Sequence record: NC_047815.1
DNA: 64,000 bases
Reading direction: 5' to 3' (one strand)
Part shown: positions 29,273 to 38,653 of the stretch, piece after piece
How the letters are laid out: every line of letters begins with the position of its first letter
Numbering within the stretch: position 1 is the stretch's first letter
Notes under the pieces: generated by a model
What the model was told of the DNA's origin: nothing
The model's database searches: none
What the model saw: the letters and a program-made list of their open reading frames with translations, nothing else
Translations under genes and position numbers: made by a program

Positions 29273-29279
29273 AAATTAG
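29273..29279 (-). promoter_or_regulatory. CTAATTT promoter-like motif
   Basis: 39 nt upstream of 29234. Confidence 0.5.
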
Positions 29280-29317
29280 CGTTTAGGTCGGGATATTCAT
29301 GGATTATGTACTGTGTG

Positions 29318-29325
29318 TATTTACA
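29318..29325 (-). promoter_or_regulatory. TGTAAATA promoter-like motif
   Basis: Intergenic, in tandem with CTAATTT. Confidence 0.45.
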
Positions 29326-29345
29326 AATATTCTGACCTAAGACGT

Positions 29346-29378
29346 AAAAAAGGACAGCCGAAGCCGTCCTTTTTTTTT
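29346..29378 (-). terminator. Strong intrinsic terminator (cUUCGg) with U-runs on both sides
   Basis: AAAAAAAGGACAGCCGAAGCCGTCCTTTTTTTT. Confidence 0.85.
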
Positions 29379-29403
29379 GTTTCATGCTCGATCAGTCAGC
29401 GAC

Positions 29404-30090
29404 TTAAACTTCTACGCTGCCTTTCTTACGAGTACGAGCCGCTTTTTTAGCGCCAGCTTTCTGAGCTGCGGTACCTTTATGCTCGGTCACTTTAGCAGTA
29501 GTCTGACGACCACCTTTCAGACGCGGCATTGGTTTCAGCTTAGGCTTTTTCAGAGCTACTTTAGCCGGTGCTACTTTCGGAGTTACCAGTTTGCCGTTCT
29601 TGATAGAAGGCTTACGGGCGATACGCGCTTTCAGACGAGCTTTCTGTTTAGCCAGCAGGTTAGAGTAACCAGCTTTCTGTTTTGCGGCCAGGTTAGAACG
29701 CGCAACAGACTGACGGCTCAGCAGCAGCTTACGAACAGCAGCCTGAGATTTCTTGGTCGCTGAAACGCCAGTTTTATATTTCTTCAGGCGTTCTGCCAGG
29801 CGAGCCTGAACAGTTTTGGTTTTCGCTTTAGCACGCTGACCTTTCAGGTGAGAAGCACGAGCGTTGTCGAACTTTTTCTCAGAAGCAGTACGCTTGGTAG
29901 CAGTACCGCCTTTACGACCGGCAGCAGCTTTCTTCGCAGTGGTAGAAGCAGCTTTGGCAGCGCGTGGTTTACGAGTGGTAGTTTTCTTAGCAGTAGCAGT
30001 ACCGCCTTTTTTACCAGCCGCAGCTTTCTTAGCTTTGGTACCGCCCTTAACTGGATCTTGAGGGCTAGTCAGTTTACGTTTAACAGCCAT
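29404..30090 (-). CDS. Histone H1/Hc2-like Lys/Ala-rich basic protein (228 aa)
   Basis: Dominated by K, A, R and T; AKKAAAG(K/R)KGGTAT repeated twice; GAGGATATAACC RBS; codons typical of highly expressed genes (CGT, CTG, GCT, AAA). Confidence 0.8.
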   Translation of the reverse strand: MAVKRKLTSPQDPVKGGTKAKKAAAGKKGGTATAKKTTTRKPRAAKAASTTAKKAAAGRKGGTATKRTASEKKFDNARASHLKGQRAKAKTKTVQARLAERLKKYKTGVSATKKSQAAVRKLLLSRQSVARSNLAAKQKAGYSNLLAKQKARLKARIARKPSIKNGKLVTPKVAPAKVALKKPKLKPMPRLKGGRQTTAKVTEHKGTAAQKAGAKKAARTRKKGSVEV

Positions 30091-30172
30091 GGTTATATCC
30101 TCTTTTCAGGTTGGCGCCGCGTCCGCTTTGTTCGGAGCGACACGAGAAACAATTTCTCAAATTTGCATACGA

Positions 30173-30179
30173 AAATTAG
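30173..30179 (-). promoter_or_regulatory. CTAATTT promoter-like motif upstream of the histone-like gene
   Basis: 83 nt upstream of 30090. Confidence 0.5.
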
Positions 30180-30221
30180 CATAATACCCAAACTTTTTCC
30201 GAGTATTATTCCAAATTTATT

Positions 30222-31271
30222 TTATGCAGACGTGTACCCGATTTCTGACAGCACACTGTCTATTTCCAACTTCGCACGCTTGCGCAAAGGTTTACTAATA
30301 CCTGACTCCTTAAGATAAGCTGTTAGGCCATCCTTAGGATTAATCTCGGAGAGTTCCAATTCTGAAACATCTATGGTATCTATATTATTGAGATCTACCG
30401 ATTTATTCGAGGTATTTATTTGGGAAATATTAGGAATGCGAATGCGTATGTCAGCAGGAATAGATATACCATCACGGACGATTAAACGATAACGGATAGC
30501 TGGGTTAGCTTCCAACTGCGACCATTTGCGTTGATCGTCAATCAGCACGGTTTCGAGTCTGAACCCAGGCTTGCTGTCGATGAACTTGTGTTTTACTATC
30601 AGACGATTCTTAACGTACTTGGCTTGGATGTGAACGTAACCTTTAGGCAATGCTTCACCGAAAGTCTTTTGATAAGGACTGCCGCAATACAAGAAACGTT
30701 TTTCTTCCAAGTGTTGATACAGATGAATGTGACCACTGATTGTGTAGTCGCGTTCGTCTACTGCAATATCTTTCTTGGCATGAAGCGGACGACCGTTATC
30801 ACCAAGAGCACCAACAGCTTCAACGTGACAAAAGTTAAGACACGGTTTCTTGTGGCGAATGCTTTCCTTAGCAGGATGCGGAAGAAAGTTAACAACAATG
30901 TCTTCCAGCTTGAGTTGCTTAGGTCGGAGATAGATGTGCAACGACTTGAGGAAAGACCACTCGGTAAACTGTTGAATAAGGTCCATTGAGGTCTGAGTTG
31001 AGTCAGCCCAATCGTGGTTGCCACCTGAATAGTAAGTTTCAATAACACCTTCGTATTTCAGGAAGTGTTGCAACAACAAACGTTTAGTATCATCAGACAT
31101 GCGATACTTGTCGGTAATATCGCCAGGAACAATCATGTACTTGATGCCGTGCTCTACAGCATATTGATACACACGGTCGATGGTCTCAAGTTGACGCTCA
31201 ACGTGATCTTGAGGAAAGTGTTTGGCTAATCCTTCTAAGTGCCAGTCGCTGCATACAATGGCTTCTAACAT
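30222..31271 (-). CDS. sbcD: SbcD/Mre11-like metallophosphoesterase nuclease (349 aa)
   Basis: SDWH, PGDITD, GGNHD, SGHIH, YCGSP. Confidence 0.9.
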   Translation of the reverse strand: MLEAIVCSDWHLEGLAKHFPQDHVERQLETIDRVYQYAVEHGIKYMIVPGDITDKYRMSDDTKRLLLQHFLKYEGVIETYYSGGNHDWADSTQTSMDLIQQFTEWSFLKSLHIYLRPKQLKLEDIVVNFLPHPAKESIRHKKPCLNFCHVEAVGALGDNGRPLHAKKDIAVDERDYTISGHIHLYQHLEEKRFLYCGSPYQKTFGEALPKGYVHIQAKYVKNRLIVKHKFIDSKPGFRLETVLIDDQRKWSQLEANPAIRYRLIVRDGISIPADIRIRIPNISQINTSNKSVDLNNIDTIDVSELELSEINPKDGLTAYLKESGISKPLRKRAKLEIDSVLSEIGYTSA

Positions 31272-31301
31272 AACAGTGCTCTTGTTGTTTCTGATGGTCG
31301 T

Positions 31302-31310
31302 TATTTACAG
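31302..31310 (-). promoter_or_regulatory. CTGTAAATA promoter-like motif upstream of sbcD
   Basis: Intergenic exact copy directly after a terminator. Confidence 0.55.
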
Positions 31311-31336
31311 AAAAGGGCAGCCTAAGCCACCCTTTT
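31311..31336 (-). terminator. Intrinsic terminator with cUUAGg loop
   Basis: AAAAGGGUGGC-UUAG-GCUGCCCUUUU. Confidence 0.75.
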
Positions 31337-31338
31337 AT

Positions 31339-33492
31339 TTATCGATTGTCTCTGGCCTGACGTGCAAGGAATTGAGCTAGTTCTGCTTCTTCACTAAGCT
31401 CATCGTTGTCACTCATGTCGGGAGCGCCGATGTCGGCATCATCCATCCAACTGTCGTCCCACTCACCTACGTCGTCATCGTCCTCATCTTCGTCATCAAA
31501 CAAGATGTTGTTAGCACGAGCTGGTGTTGGCGCAGGTTCATCTTCGTCATCATCGCCCTCTTCTGGATCTTCAAACGCGTCATCCCAATCATCATCGTCG
31601 TCACTCATGTCTGGAATGTCATCATCCTCACCATCTTCCATCTCCGCTTTTACATCAAGAATGATGTCGGCGCGATACTCAGCCAGTGCTGTTTCGAATA
31701 CCTTGTCAGCAATCGTTGAGGCAGAGTCGTCGGATTTAACCATCGCGGTAGAGGTTCTGGATTCAGGATCGATTATACCATACACTGGATAGAGATCATC
31801 AAGCGCATTGAAACGGTAGCGACTGAAATTATGGTTTTCTACAACGTAGCTAACAGTGAACTCTTTAGCACCTGTCTCCTCAGCTATGGAAGATACAAGA
31901 TTGAGATAATCACCGCCACGCAGAGCGTCCATATGTACAGGTTTGTAACCCTTAAACACTTCGCTAGCATACTTGAAATATTCAGGCAGCACATGTTCTC
32001 GATTGCGCTCAAGGCTTTCAAGAGACGCAGGAGATTCACCAACACGATTTGCCAAAGAGATAACAGCAGGAGCAATGCACTCGGTCTGCATTTCGTCCTC
32101 ATCATCATACTCTTCTTCAATATCAGCAGGTACAACGTTGTCGTTGTTTATGCGACTTGCCGTATACCAGAAGTTACGTTCAGCATCAGCAGTATCTTTA
32201 ACCAAAGTCCAGATCTCGGAAAGTGCTTTAGGATAACCGCCTTTAATATGGTCTTCACGACTGTAGCTATACGGAATGATGTTGAACAGATGTTTGTTAA
32301 AGAAATTCTCACGATCTGAATCAGGCAAGATTTGCAAGAACATGTCCATAGCTTTAACAGAGCGGCTTGACTTGCGCCACATGTCCAGAACGTATTTAGA
32401 ATCAGAGCCAGTTGTTGTGACTAAGGCACGACTGAGATCTTGAAACTCTTGCAGCTTGTCTGTGCGAATCATGTCATCTGCCAGCAGAGACCAACGGGCT
32501 GTCTTCCAACCAGCAAGAGCAAGCATTGCTGGAATTTTCGGGTAACGTTGAGAGGCACGTCGCGCAATGTCGAACTCTTCTGTGTTAACACCGTCAAGAA
32601 GTCTGTCTCGGTGGTTAACAAACTGATCAACAAAGGTCTTGAGATCACCTTTAGCTAGTGGCTGTTCTAGGTCATACACATACTCAGCACCACGCTTGTC
32701 GTCATACAGCTTAGGCGCCAGTTCATATACACCTTGACGAGGTGATGCGGCAATCTTAGGATTGATGTGCTCATCCAGCCACGCCTGCAACGTGTGAACA
32801 AAAGGCATGGTAGAATCTGGATAAGCGTACTCTACCAGATACATCGCATTAACCTTACCCCCAATCTTGAGCTGACTGTTTTTAACGCCTTTAGTACGTT
32901 CATAGAAAGGCTTGGCAAGACAGCGAGCAATAGGTTTGTTGATGTTGCGATCTTTGGGTTCAATTAAATACGCGATCAACGTGCCTTGATTAATATCGTG
33001 ACCAACATACTTACGGTTGCTGCCATCAACAAGATGCATACAGCTAGTCCAGCCTCGATCTGTAGACATGCCTGCAATATCGTAAGGATGCATCGAGATA
33101 CAGATAAGCTGGTGGTTGCGTGTTGCATTGGTCAGAGATTTACGTTGAGGGTCAGAGTCGAATGCTTTCTTGGCTTCGGCGGATTTAAGAGCGCGACCTA
33201 TACGCACGACACGACCATGACGATCTTTGCCTGTACCAGCAACGTAATCAACAATCTCAATATCTTTCAAGCGGAGTTCGTCTTCAACCAGCTTAGGAGG
33301 CTTGACGTTATCCACTATGTTTTTGATAACGTTGTCTGTCTTGGCGTCAATATAGATGCGCATGGCTTTACGGCCACGCTTGCCGCTGATCTGTTCAAAC
33401 AATTTCAACAGCGTAGGATTAGGCTTCCACCCTTTAACAAACTTTCTGTACAGTGATGGAGGCAAAGCACTGAGGCTAACAACGATTTCCAT
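31339..33492 (-). CDS. Hypothetical 717-aa protein with N-terminal MEIVVSLSA motif and very acidic C-tail
   Basis: Central ISMHPYDIAGMSTDRGWTSCM segment; last ~100 aa largely D/E. Confidence 0.85.
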   Translation of the reverse strand: MEIVVSLSALPPSLYRKFVKGWKPNPTLLKLFEQISGKRGRKAMRIYIDAKTDNVIKNIVDNVKPPKLVEDELRLKDIEIVDYVAGTGKDRHGRVVRIGRALKSAEAKKAFDSDPQRKSLTNATRNHQLICISMHPYDIAGMSTDRGWTSCMHLVDGSNRKYVGHDINQGTLIAYLIEPKDRNINKPIARCLAKPFYERTKGVKNSQLKIGGKVNAMYLVEYAYPDSTMPFVHTLQAWLDEHINPKIAASPRQGVYELAPKLYDDKRGAEYVYDLEQPLAKGDLKTFVDQFVNHRDRLLDGVNTEEFDIARRASQRYPKIPAMLALAGWKTARWSLLADDMIRTDKLQEFQDLSRALVTTTGSDSKYVLDMWRKSSRSVKAMDMFLQILPDSDRENFFNKHLFNIIPYSYSREDHIKGGYPKALSEIWTLVKDTADAERNFWYTASRINNDNVVPADIEEEYDDEDEMQTECIAPAVISLANRVGESPASLESLERNREHVLPEYFKYASEVFKGYKPVHMDALRGGDYLNLVSSIAEETGAKEFTVSYVVENHNFSRYRFNALDDLYPVYGIIDPESRTSTAMVKSDDSASTIADKVFETALAEYRADIILDVKAEMEDGEDDDIPDMSDDDDDWDDAFEDPEEGDDDEDEPAPTPARANNILFDDEDEDDDDVGEWDDSWMDDADIGAPDMSDNDELSEEAELAQFLARQARDNR

Positions 33493-33510
33493 AATGTTCT
33501 CTTGCGTGAC

Positions 33511-34020
33511 TTATCGATGTTTAAAATTAGTTTGAAACTTTAACCAATCACGCCATAAATGCTTTACTGGTTTGTTTTTTCTCTCTGCATAGTCTACACA
33601 ATTCTGTGTACCTGAAGGGGCGCCGCAAGCCATTGCATACAACTGACTGGTGTTGTCAACTATAAAGTTGTTGCGTTGGTTCAGCGCAATTGGGGCATGT
33701 TCCTTGGCCCACTCTTGTTCCGACACGACTATTATCACTTCATTGCTGCGGTTTAGTATCGTGTCGAGTTCCAACACACTTGACAAAGGCCAACGTGCGT
33801 TAAAGCCCAGAAAAGGAATACAGCTAACTACCCGATGACCCTGATCAAGGGCAGCGGTTGCAACAGCCATATCAAAACCCAAAGCACAGCCGTGATAGAC
33901 TGTGTGTTCATCCTCAATCCTCAACATCTGATTGTGAACAAACTTATACAAGCGTTGACGCGCTTGATCATTAAAGCCACCGAGGCGGTTTGGTCTGTGG
34001 CCTGTAAATCCGATATTCAT
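33511..34020 (-). CDS. YspA/DUF1273 SLOG-family protein (169 aa)
   Basis: IGFTGHRP..LGG, HGCALGFD, RNNFIVD, SGTQNCV.YA. Confidence 0.8.
   Translation of the reverse strand: MNIGFTGHRPNRLGGFNDQARQRLYKFVHNQMLRIEDEHTVYHGCALGFDMAVATAALDQGHRVVSCIPFLGFNARWPLSSVLELDTILNRSNEVIIVVSEQEWAKEHAPIALNQRNNFIVDNTSQLYAMACGAPSGTQNCVDYAERKNKPVKHLWRDWLKFQTNFKHR
33524..33530 (-). promoter_or_regulatory. CTAATTT promoter-like motif at the end of the YspA gene
   Basis: 32 nt upstream of 33492. Confidence 0.4.
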
Positions 34021-34027
34021 CTATCAG

Positions 34028-34036
34028 TATTTACAG
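34028..34036 (-). promoter_or_regulatory. CTGTAAATA motif overlapping the stop codon of the upstream gene
   Basis: Exact copy just upstream of 34020. Confidence 0.45.
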
Positions 34037-34915
34037 AGTTACCTTCTGTTGGGCTGTGAGGAACGTTATGGACTGCCTGGTGCCTGGATCAACACTGGCT
34101 GCAACGTTAAAGTCTGTGCCGCGTGCTAACCTAATATAAATGTTCTTACTCGAAACATAACCCAGAGCAAACTGTAGTGTTACTTTCTCAGCAGTCCTAG
34201 ATGTTGCCAGTTTAGCAGTGTACTTGCCAGGCACAGCTACGGTGCTGTCCGAAACAAAGTTTGATGGACCAACTGTTGGTGAGTAAGGAGCAGCAACATA
34301 ATCTACTTTCTTAGTATTCATAACAGTCAAGACAGGATTGACCGTCACTGTACTCAGCAGGGCACTGAGGCCAGGCCAAGACTTTGAGTAGGTTTGCTTT
34401 GTACTGAATGTTCCGTCAGCGAATGCTTGCCAACCAACATACGTCATCGTGATAGCAGGAAGTATGCCCAAAAGAGGCACTGTATTCTTGATACCAAATG
34501 AAGGCGCTGTTAGTTCCTGACTACTGACCGTGTCCAAAGCACTAGGCCACAGCACAGCAGTAGGTCCAGCAGTTGAGTCGTAAGCATAGTTTGATAGAAC
34601 ACTTGCAAACGGACTTTTACCCCAAGCAACACTGTTGTGAAATATATCCACCAGCTTTGAATATGTCTCACTTCCTTGTGCGTATCGCAACTGTGTTAGG
34701 TAATAAGTTGTTCGCGTTGAGTCTACACCTCTTACAGGATTTGTTGTGCCACTAAAACCTAATGCAGCACGACTATCCCTCAAGATGGAACTCAGGTTGT
34801 TGAGAAGAACATCAGTCTTTTTATTAACGGAGGTGTCAAGCGTTGGGTCAAAGAACAAAAGTTCTCGACACTGATCCGATAAGTCAGACGGTGAGAAGTT
34901 GGTGACAAACTGCAT
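34031..34915 (-). CDS. 294-aa S/T/aromatic-rich protein, paralog of 35012-35893
   Basis: MQFV...ELLFFDPTLD N-terminus and DF.V...PGT C-terminus shared with its neighbour. Confidence 0.8.
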   Translation of the reverse strand: MQFVTNFSPSDLSDQCRELLFFDPTLDTSVNKKTDVLLNNLSSILRDSRAALGFSGTTNPVRGVDSTRTTYYLTQLRYAQGSETYSKLVDIFHNSVAWGKSPFASVLSNYAYDSTAGPTAVLWPSALDTVSSQELTAPSFGIKNTVPLLGILPAITMTYVGWQAFADGTFSTKQTYSKSWPGLSALLSTVTVNPVLTVMNTKKVDYVAAPYSPTVGPSNFVSDSTVAVPGKYTAKLATSRTAEKVTLQFALGYVSSKNIYIRLARGTDFNVAASVDPGTRQSITFLTAQQKVTL

Positions 34916-35011
34916 ATCTGTCTCCTTTTAGTTTTTTGTCGATGGCATTCCTCTTTAGTTAGCTGCTTGACGTCCTAAGCAGGTTGATGAAACCTATCTT
35001 CCATGAGAGGT

Positions 35012-35893
35012 TTAAACCTCAATAACATCTTTACGAATAAAGCGCATTGGAGGTTTAGTTCCAGGCACAGCACTATTATCTGTACCTACAAGAAAATCGC
35101 TTTGATCAAACTTAAACATACTACCAAGTGATGCGTAGTATGTCAGGCCACAATCAAATACAACCGTTTCATCAGAGGCGGCCAGTTGTCCCTGAATGTA
35201 GCACAGCAAGTTATCATCAATAGGTTGCGAATCCCACAATATCTGATTTGTACCCGAAGCATAGCTTATACTGTAAGCATATCGAACACGACCATAGTTA
35301 CTTAACTTGGCTGTGGCTCGTACCTCAACTGTTTGATAAGGTTGTCTCTCACTTCCGTTAGCTCCGGCAGATCCGCTTGTGTAGGAATTACTACTTCCGT
35401 AGTAGTAACCATAAGCAAAGCTGATATTCCACGAGTAACCGCCATAACTACCAGCATTGTATGTGTTTTGATACGACAAACGACTAAACGCAACAGTACG
35501 GCTGCCCTCACCGTATAGGCGTGTCATCATAAAATCTTTCGCACCAGCAGCTATGCTTTGGAAAGTTCCTGTATACAGTTCTTTATCAGCTCCCTTAGAT
35601 AGGGCTGTTCGATTCTGCTGGGTCATACCTACAGTAAAACCACGAACAGCACCTTCGGGATCTTGATATTTAAAGTTAGATAGCCAGAACTTGTCTTGTT
35701 GTTGACCAACCACACCGTTAACTAAACCCTCACCAACAATACCGCGAGAATATGCAGATGTGTTAATGTAATCGCTTACGCTGTTTATCTGGTTTAGATC
35801 GTATTGACTGTCATCTAACACGGTATCAAACAGAACGATCTCAGGAGTTCCACGCTGAGTATTAAGATGCCAGTTACCCATTACAAGTTGCAT
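35012..35893 (-). CDS. 293-aa G/S/Y-rich protein, paralog of 34031-34915
   Basis: MQLV...EIVLFDTVLD and DFLV...PGT. Confidence 0.8.
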   Translation of the reverse strand: MQLVMGNWHLNTQRGTPEIVLFDTVLDDSQYDLNQINSVSDYINTSAYSRGIVGEGLVNGVVGQQQDKFWLSNFKYQDPEGAVRGFTVGMTQQNRTALSKGADKELYTGTFQSIAAGAKDFMMTRLYGEGSRTVAFSRLSYQNTYNAGSYGGYSWNISFAYGYYYGSSNSYTSGSAGANGSERQPYQTVEVRATAKLSNYGRVRYAYSISYASGTNQILWDSQPIDDNLLCYIQGQLAASDETVVFDCGLTYYASLGSMFKFDQSDFLVGTDNSAVPGTKPPMRFIRKDVIEV

Positions 35894-35933
35894 ATCTCTA
35901 ACCTCTAACCTTCACCTTTGTAGGTGCATACAG

Positions 35934-36299
35934 TCAAGCAATGACCTCAATACGATGATCACGACTAGCCCACACTGCTTCACGAATGGTGCGAGGCATG
36001 ATGATGCAGCCACTTGAAGCCGAACCGGGATTACGCAAGCTATCACCGTGCATCTGAAAAGCACTGCGACCAAACATTTCGTTTGAACTGTCTGGAACTA
36101 AGTCCATAGCATAAGGACCTGTCTTAAGGCTTGTGTGCGGCGGATTCAGCGTGTAGCAACCAACAGGCACAGGTCCCATGTTAGGAACTGTCTGACACTC
36201 ATGACGATTCTTGTACTCGCCTTTACCAGCATAGCCTTTAGCAACTAGCTTGCCGCTTGCATCACGCAGTTCACCCGTAGATTGTTTGTATTGCCACAT
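35934..36299 (-). CDS. Tlde1/DUF2778-like L,D-transpeptidase-fold protein (121 aa)
   Basis: Start reassigned to MWQYKQSTG after AAGGAG; GYAG, GPVPVG.Y, GRSAFQMHGDS..GSASSGCI (HxxxS.GC catalytic motif). Confidence 0.85.
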   Translation of the reverse strand: MWQYKQSTGELRDASGKLVAKGYAGKGEYKNRHECQTVPNMGPVPVGCYTLNPPHTSLKTGPYAMDLVPDSSNEMFGRSAFQMHGDSLRNPGSASSGCIIMPRTIREAVWASRDHRIEVIA

Positions 36300-36323
36300 A
36301 GGAAATCTCCTTCGGAAACGACA

Positions 36324-36343
36324 AAGCCCCAATTAAGGGGCTT
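36324..36343 (-). terminator. Hairpin terminator
   Basis: AAGCCCC-AATTAA-GGGGCTT. Confidence 0.55.
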
Positions 36344-36412
36344 ATAGGACTAGTTTGCTGATTTGATTCCAAGATCACGCGCTTTAGCAGATTTAGAAAC
36401 AGCGCCGATGCT

Positions 36413-38050
36413 CTATTTAGTAGAACCTTTACGGCCAACACTAACAATTGCTGCACGCTGACGCGCACCAGCAGTTTCAAGCATATCTTGGATATGGTCA
36501 CTGTCAATGCCGTGCTTTTTCATATCCGCAGCAGAAATATCGTAACGCACATCATCTTTCGTTACGATGGTAATACTGCCATCTTTTTTAGTCGCGTAGT
36601 TGGACTTTTTGAAATCAGACTTTTTGATAGGCGTACCAAGTGCTGAACGAAGGGCCTTCATCTGTGCGCGATCTTCTAATGCAAAGCCTTTCATCATATC
36701 TGCAACACGTTCAGCATGACCAGCACGAGGTACTTTCTGATAGCGAGGCTTCTTGCCCATCAGACCTTGAGCACGCGCTTGTTTTTCTTTCGCTGCGCTG
36801 TGTCCGCCAGTAGCACCAGCCATACCTTTCTTAGGTGCTACAGTTTTAGCAGGGGCACGTTGGGCAGCAGCGGTAACTTTACCTGCACCAAGTGCTTCAA
36901 ACTTAGAGTCTGGGGCAAACTTAGGTTTGAAAGTACCGCGCTTACCGTCAGCACCAAACACGTCAGTTTTAACGGCAGCCAGTTTCTTAGCACTAGCCAA
37001 GATGTCCGCATTTACAGGCATCTTCAATCCACCAAGACCGTGACTACGCGCTGACTTGTTTGCAGCACTCAGAGCAGCTTTAGCAGTTTTGTTCAGTGCG
37101 CTAGCCTGACCTTTCAGCGTTTTAGCCTTAGCCTTTAGTGCTTTCTTGCGCTCAGGTGTTGAAGCCTTCTCGGCAGCGGCAGCGGTTTTCTCGTGCTGTG
37201 CTGCAACGCGTAACGCTTTGGTACGATCTGACTTAGCTTGCTTGAGGTGAGTTTTAATCTCGGTCAAGGCAGCACGCTTACTGCTAGGCAGAACCAATTC
37301 TGCTTTACCACTAACGCGAGCAAATTTATAGCTAGGTGCTTTTGCAGATTCTGACACTAATTCCTGACCGGGAATGGTGAGACGGATAAGCGACATATCA
37401 TGGTTCCTTAAATTTTCATATCGTCGAGAGTAACGACCGCTACGTGCTGTCGCCGGATCCGGCTGTGCAACGTTGACGTCATCAAAGTTTTTATGAAGTT
37501 CACTGGCAATAGCTTCTCGCAGCTCAGCCACATGTTCTTCGTCGTTGTCCGCAGAAGGATCTGCAAGACTGATTTCAATTTCACCACGAGGTTGATTGTA
37601 TACAGCGTAGCGAATTGGTGCAATGGTTTGAGTCTGACGCCATTCTTCCAGCACTGTGTCAATCAGCGGACTTGCTTCAATGCCAAAGTCATCAAGACTG
37701 AACTTGATACTAGACAATGGTGGAGGTCCGCTGTGACTGACAACCGCACTGTGTTTAATGTTTTCAATAGCGCGTGTTGCATCATACATCGTTTGCAGAC
37801 CACGTTCATGCAACATGATCTTGCTGCCGATAGTATAATCACTTGCCATCATGCCGACTTGAATAAGGTCTACACTCAACACAGAATAATCACCATCAGG
37901 CGTTGCGATAACAAACGCATAGCGTGGGTTACGCATTGTGCCACCAAGCTTTTGACAAGCTAAGATGCGAGCAGCAGGGTTGGTGCGCTGGAAGATTTTC
38001 TGTAGTTGTAAGTTAGTAAGATCAGCACTCAGAGAAACAACCTTCTCCAT
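36413..38050 (-). CDS. Hypothetical 545-aa protein with MEKVVSLSA N-terminus and Lys/Ala-rich C-half
   Basis: Long ORF coupled to the endolysin stop. Confidence 0.85.
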   Translation of the reverse strand: MEKVVSLSADLTNLQLQKIFQRTNPAARILACQKLGGTMRNPRYAFVIATPDGDYSVLSVDLIQVGMMASDYTIGSKIMLHERGLQTMYDATRAIENIKHSAVVSHSGPPPLSSIKFSLDDFGIEASPLIDTVLEEWRQTQTIAPIRYAVYNQPRGEIEISLADPSADNDEEHVAELREAIASELHKNFDDVNVAQPDPATARSGRYSRRYENLRNHDMSLIRLTIPGQELVSESAKAPSYKFARVSGKAELVLPSSKRAALTEIKTHLKQAKSDRTKALRVAAQHEKTAAAAEKASTPERKKALKAKAKTLKGQASALNKTAKAALSAANKSARSHGLGGLKMPVNADILASAKKLAAVKTDVFGADGKRGTFKPKFAPDSKFEALGAGKVTAAAQRAPAKTVAPKKGMAGATGGHSAAKEKQARAQGLMGKKPRYQKVPRAGHAERVADMMKGFALEDRAQMKALRSALGTPIKKSDFKKSNYATKKDGSITIVTKDDVRYDISAADMKKHGIDSDHIQDMLETAGARQRAAIVSVGRKGSTK

Positions 38051-38051
38051 A

Positions 38052-38624
38052 TTATGCTCCCACTTGTTTGGTGATATTGATCACGCGAGTAACCCAACCC
38101 CAGAAGTTTTCTTCCTGGGTCTTATCAGCATAAGCCAGATTGTACAGCTTGCCGATACGCAGACCATTATAGACATAGCTGAAAATCTTGATGCCATCAG
38201 CACCACGAGCTTGACTCAAGCTACCTAATGCATTCAGTGTACCAGGACCAATAGCGCCATCTTCGGCAATATCTTTCCACAGCTTCTGCTGGTTGTTTGA
38301 AGTGTTGAGCAGACCTTGTAAGACTTTTGCAGCAGCACCAGCACCTGAGTTAACAGCATAGTCAAATACCCAAACTGCGAGAGATGGGCTGTACTTCTCA
38401 AGCTCACTGCAACGACATTTGTCCCAATAGTTCGCGCTGTAGATAGCGTAAGCGATCTCATAAGGCAGATCTTGCATCTGACCTTTATATCCGTAAGCAC
38501 GCGCTGTTTTCTCAGTCACGCCCCAACGAGTAGGACCGCCACGGTCAGCAGCACGATTGGTATACTTTGAACCGCCTTCACGGTCAATGACTTCTTTGAT
38601 TGAATTATCTTTGAACACGGTCAT
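38052..38624 (-). CDS. Glycoside hydrolase family 108 endolysin with C-terminal PG-binding domain (190 aa)
   Basis: EGG.KYTN.AADRGGPTRWGVT; FDYAVNSG; EDGAIGPGTL.AL; FWGWV.R; start reassigned to MTVFK after GAGG. Confidence 0.9.
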   Translation of the reverse strand: MTVFKDNSIKEVIDREGGSKYTNRAADRGGPTRWGVTEKTARAYGYKGQMQDLPYEIAYAIYSANYWDKCRCSELEKYSPSLAVWVFDYAVNSGAGAAAKVLQGLLNTSNNQQKLWKDIAEDGAIGPGTLNALGSLSQARGADGIKIFSYVYNGLRIGKLYNLAYADKTQEENFWGWVTRVINITKQVGA

Positions 38625-38653
38625 GATAGAATTCCTCTGTAGATCACAAAGGA

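Noticed and set aside
29890-30035. DNA repeats as a possible CRISPR array or VNTR
   Set aside because: Two imperfect in-frame copies encoding AKKAAAG(K/R)KGGTAT; no spacer structure.
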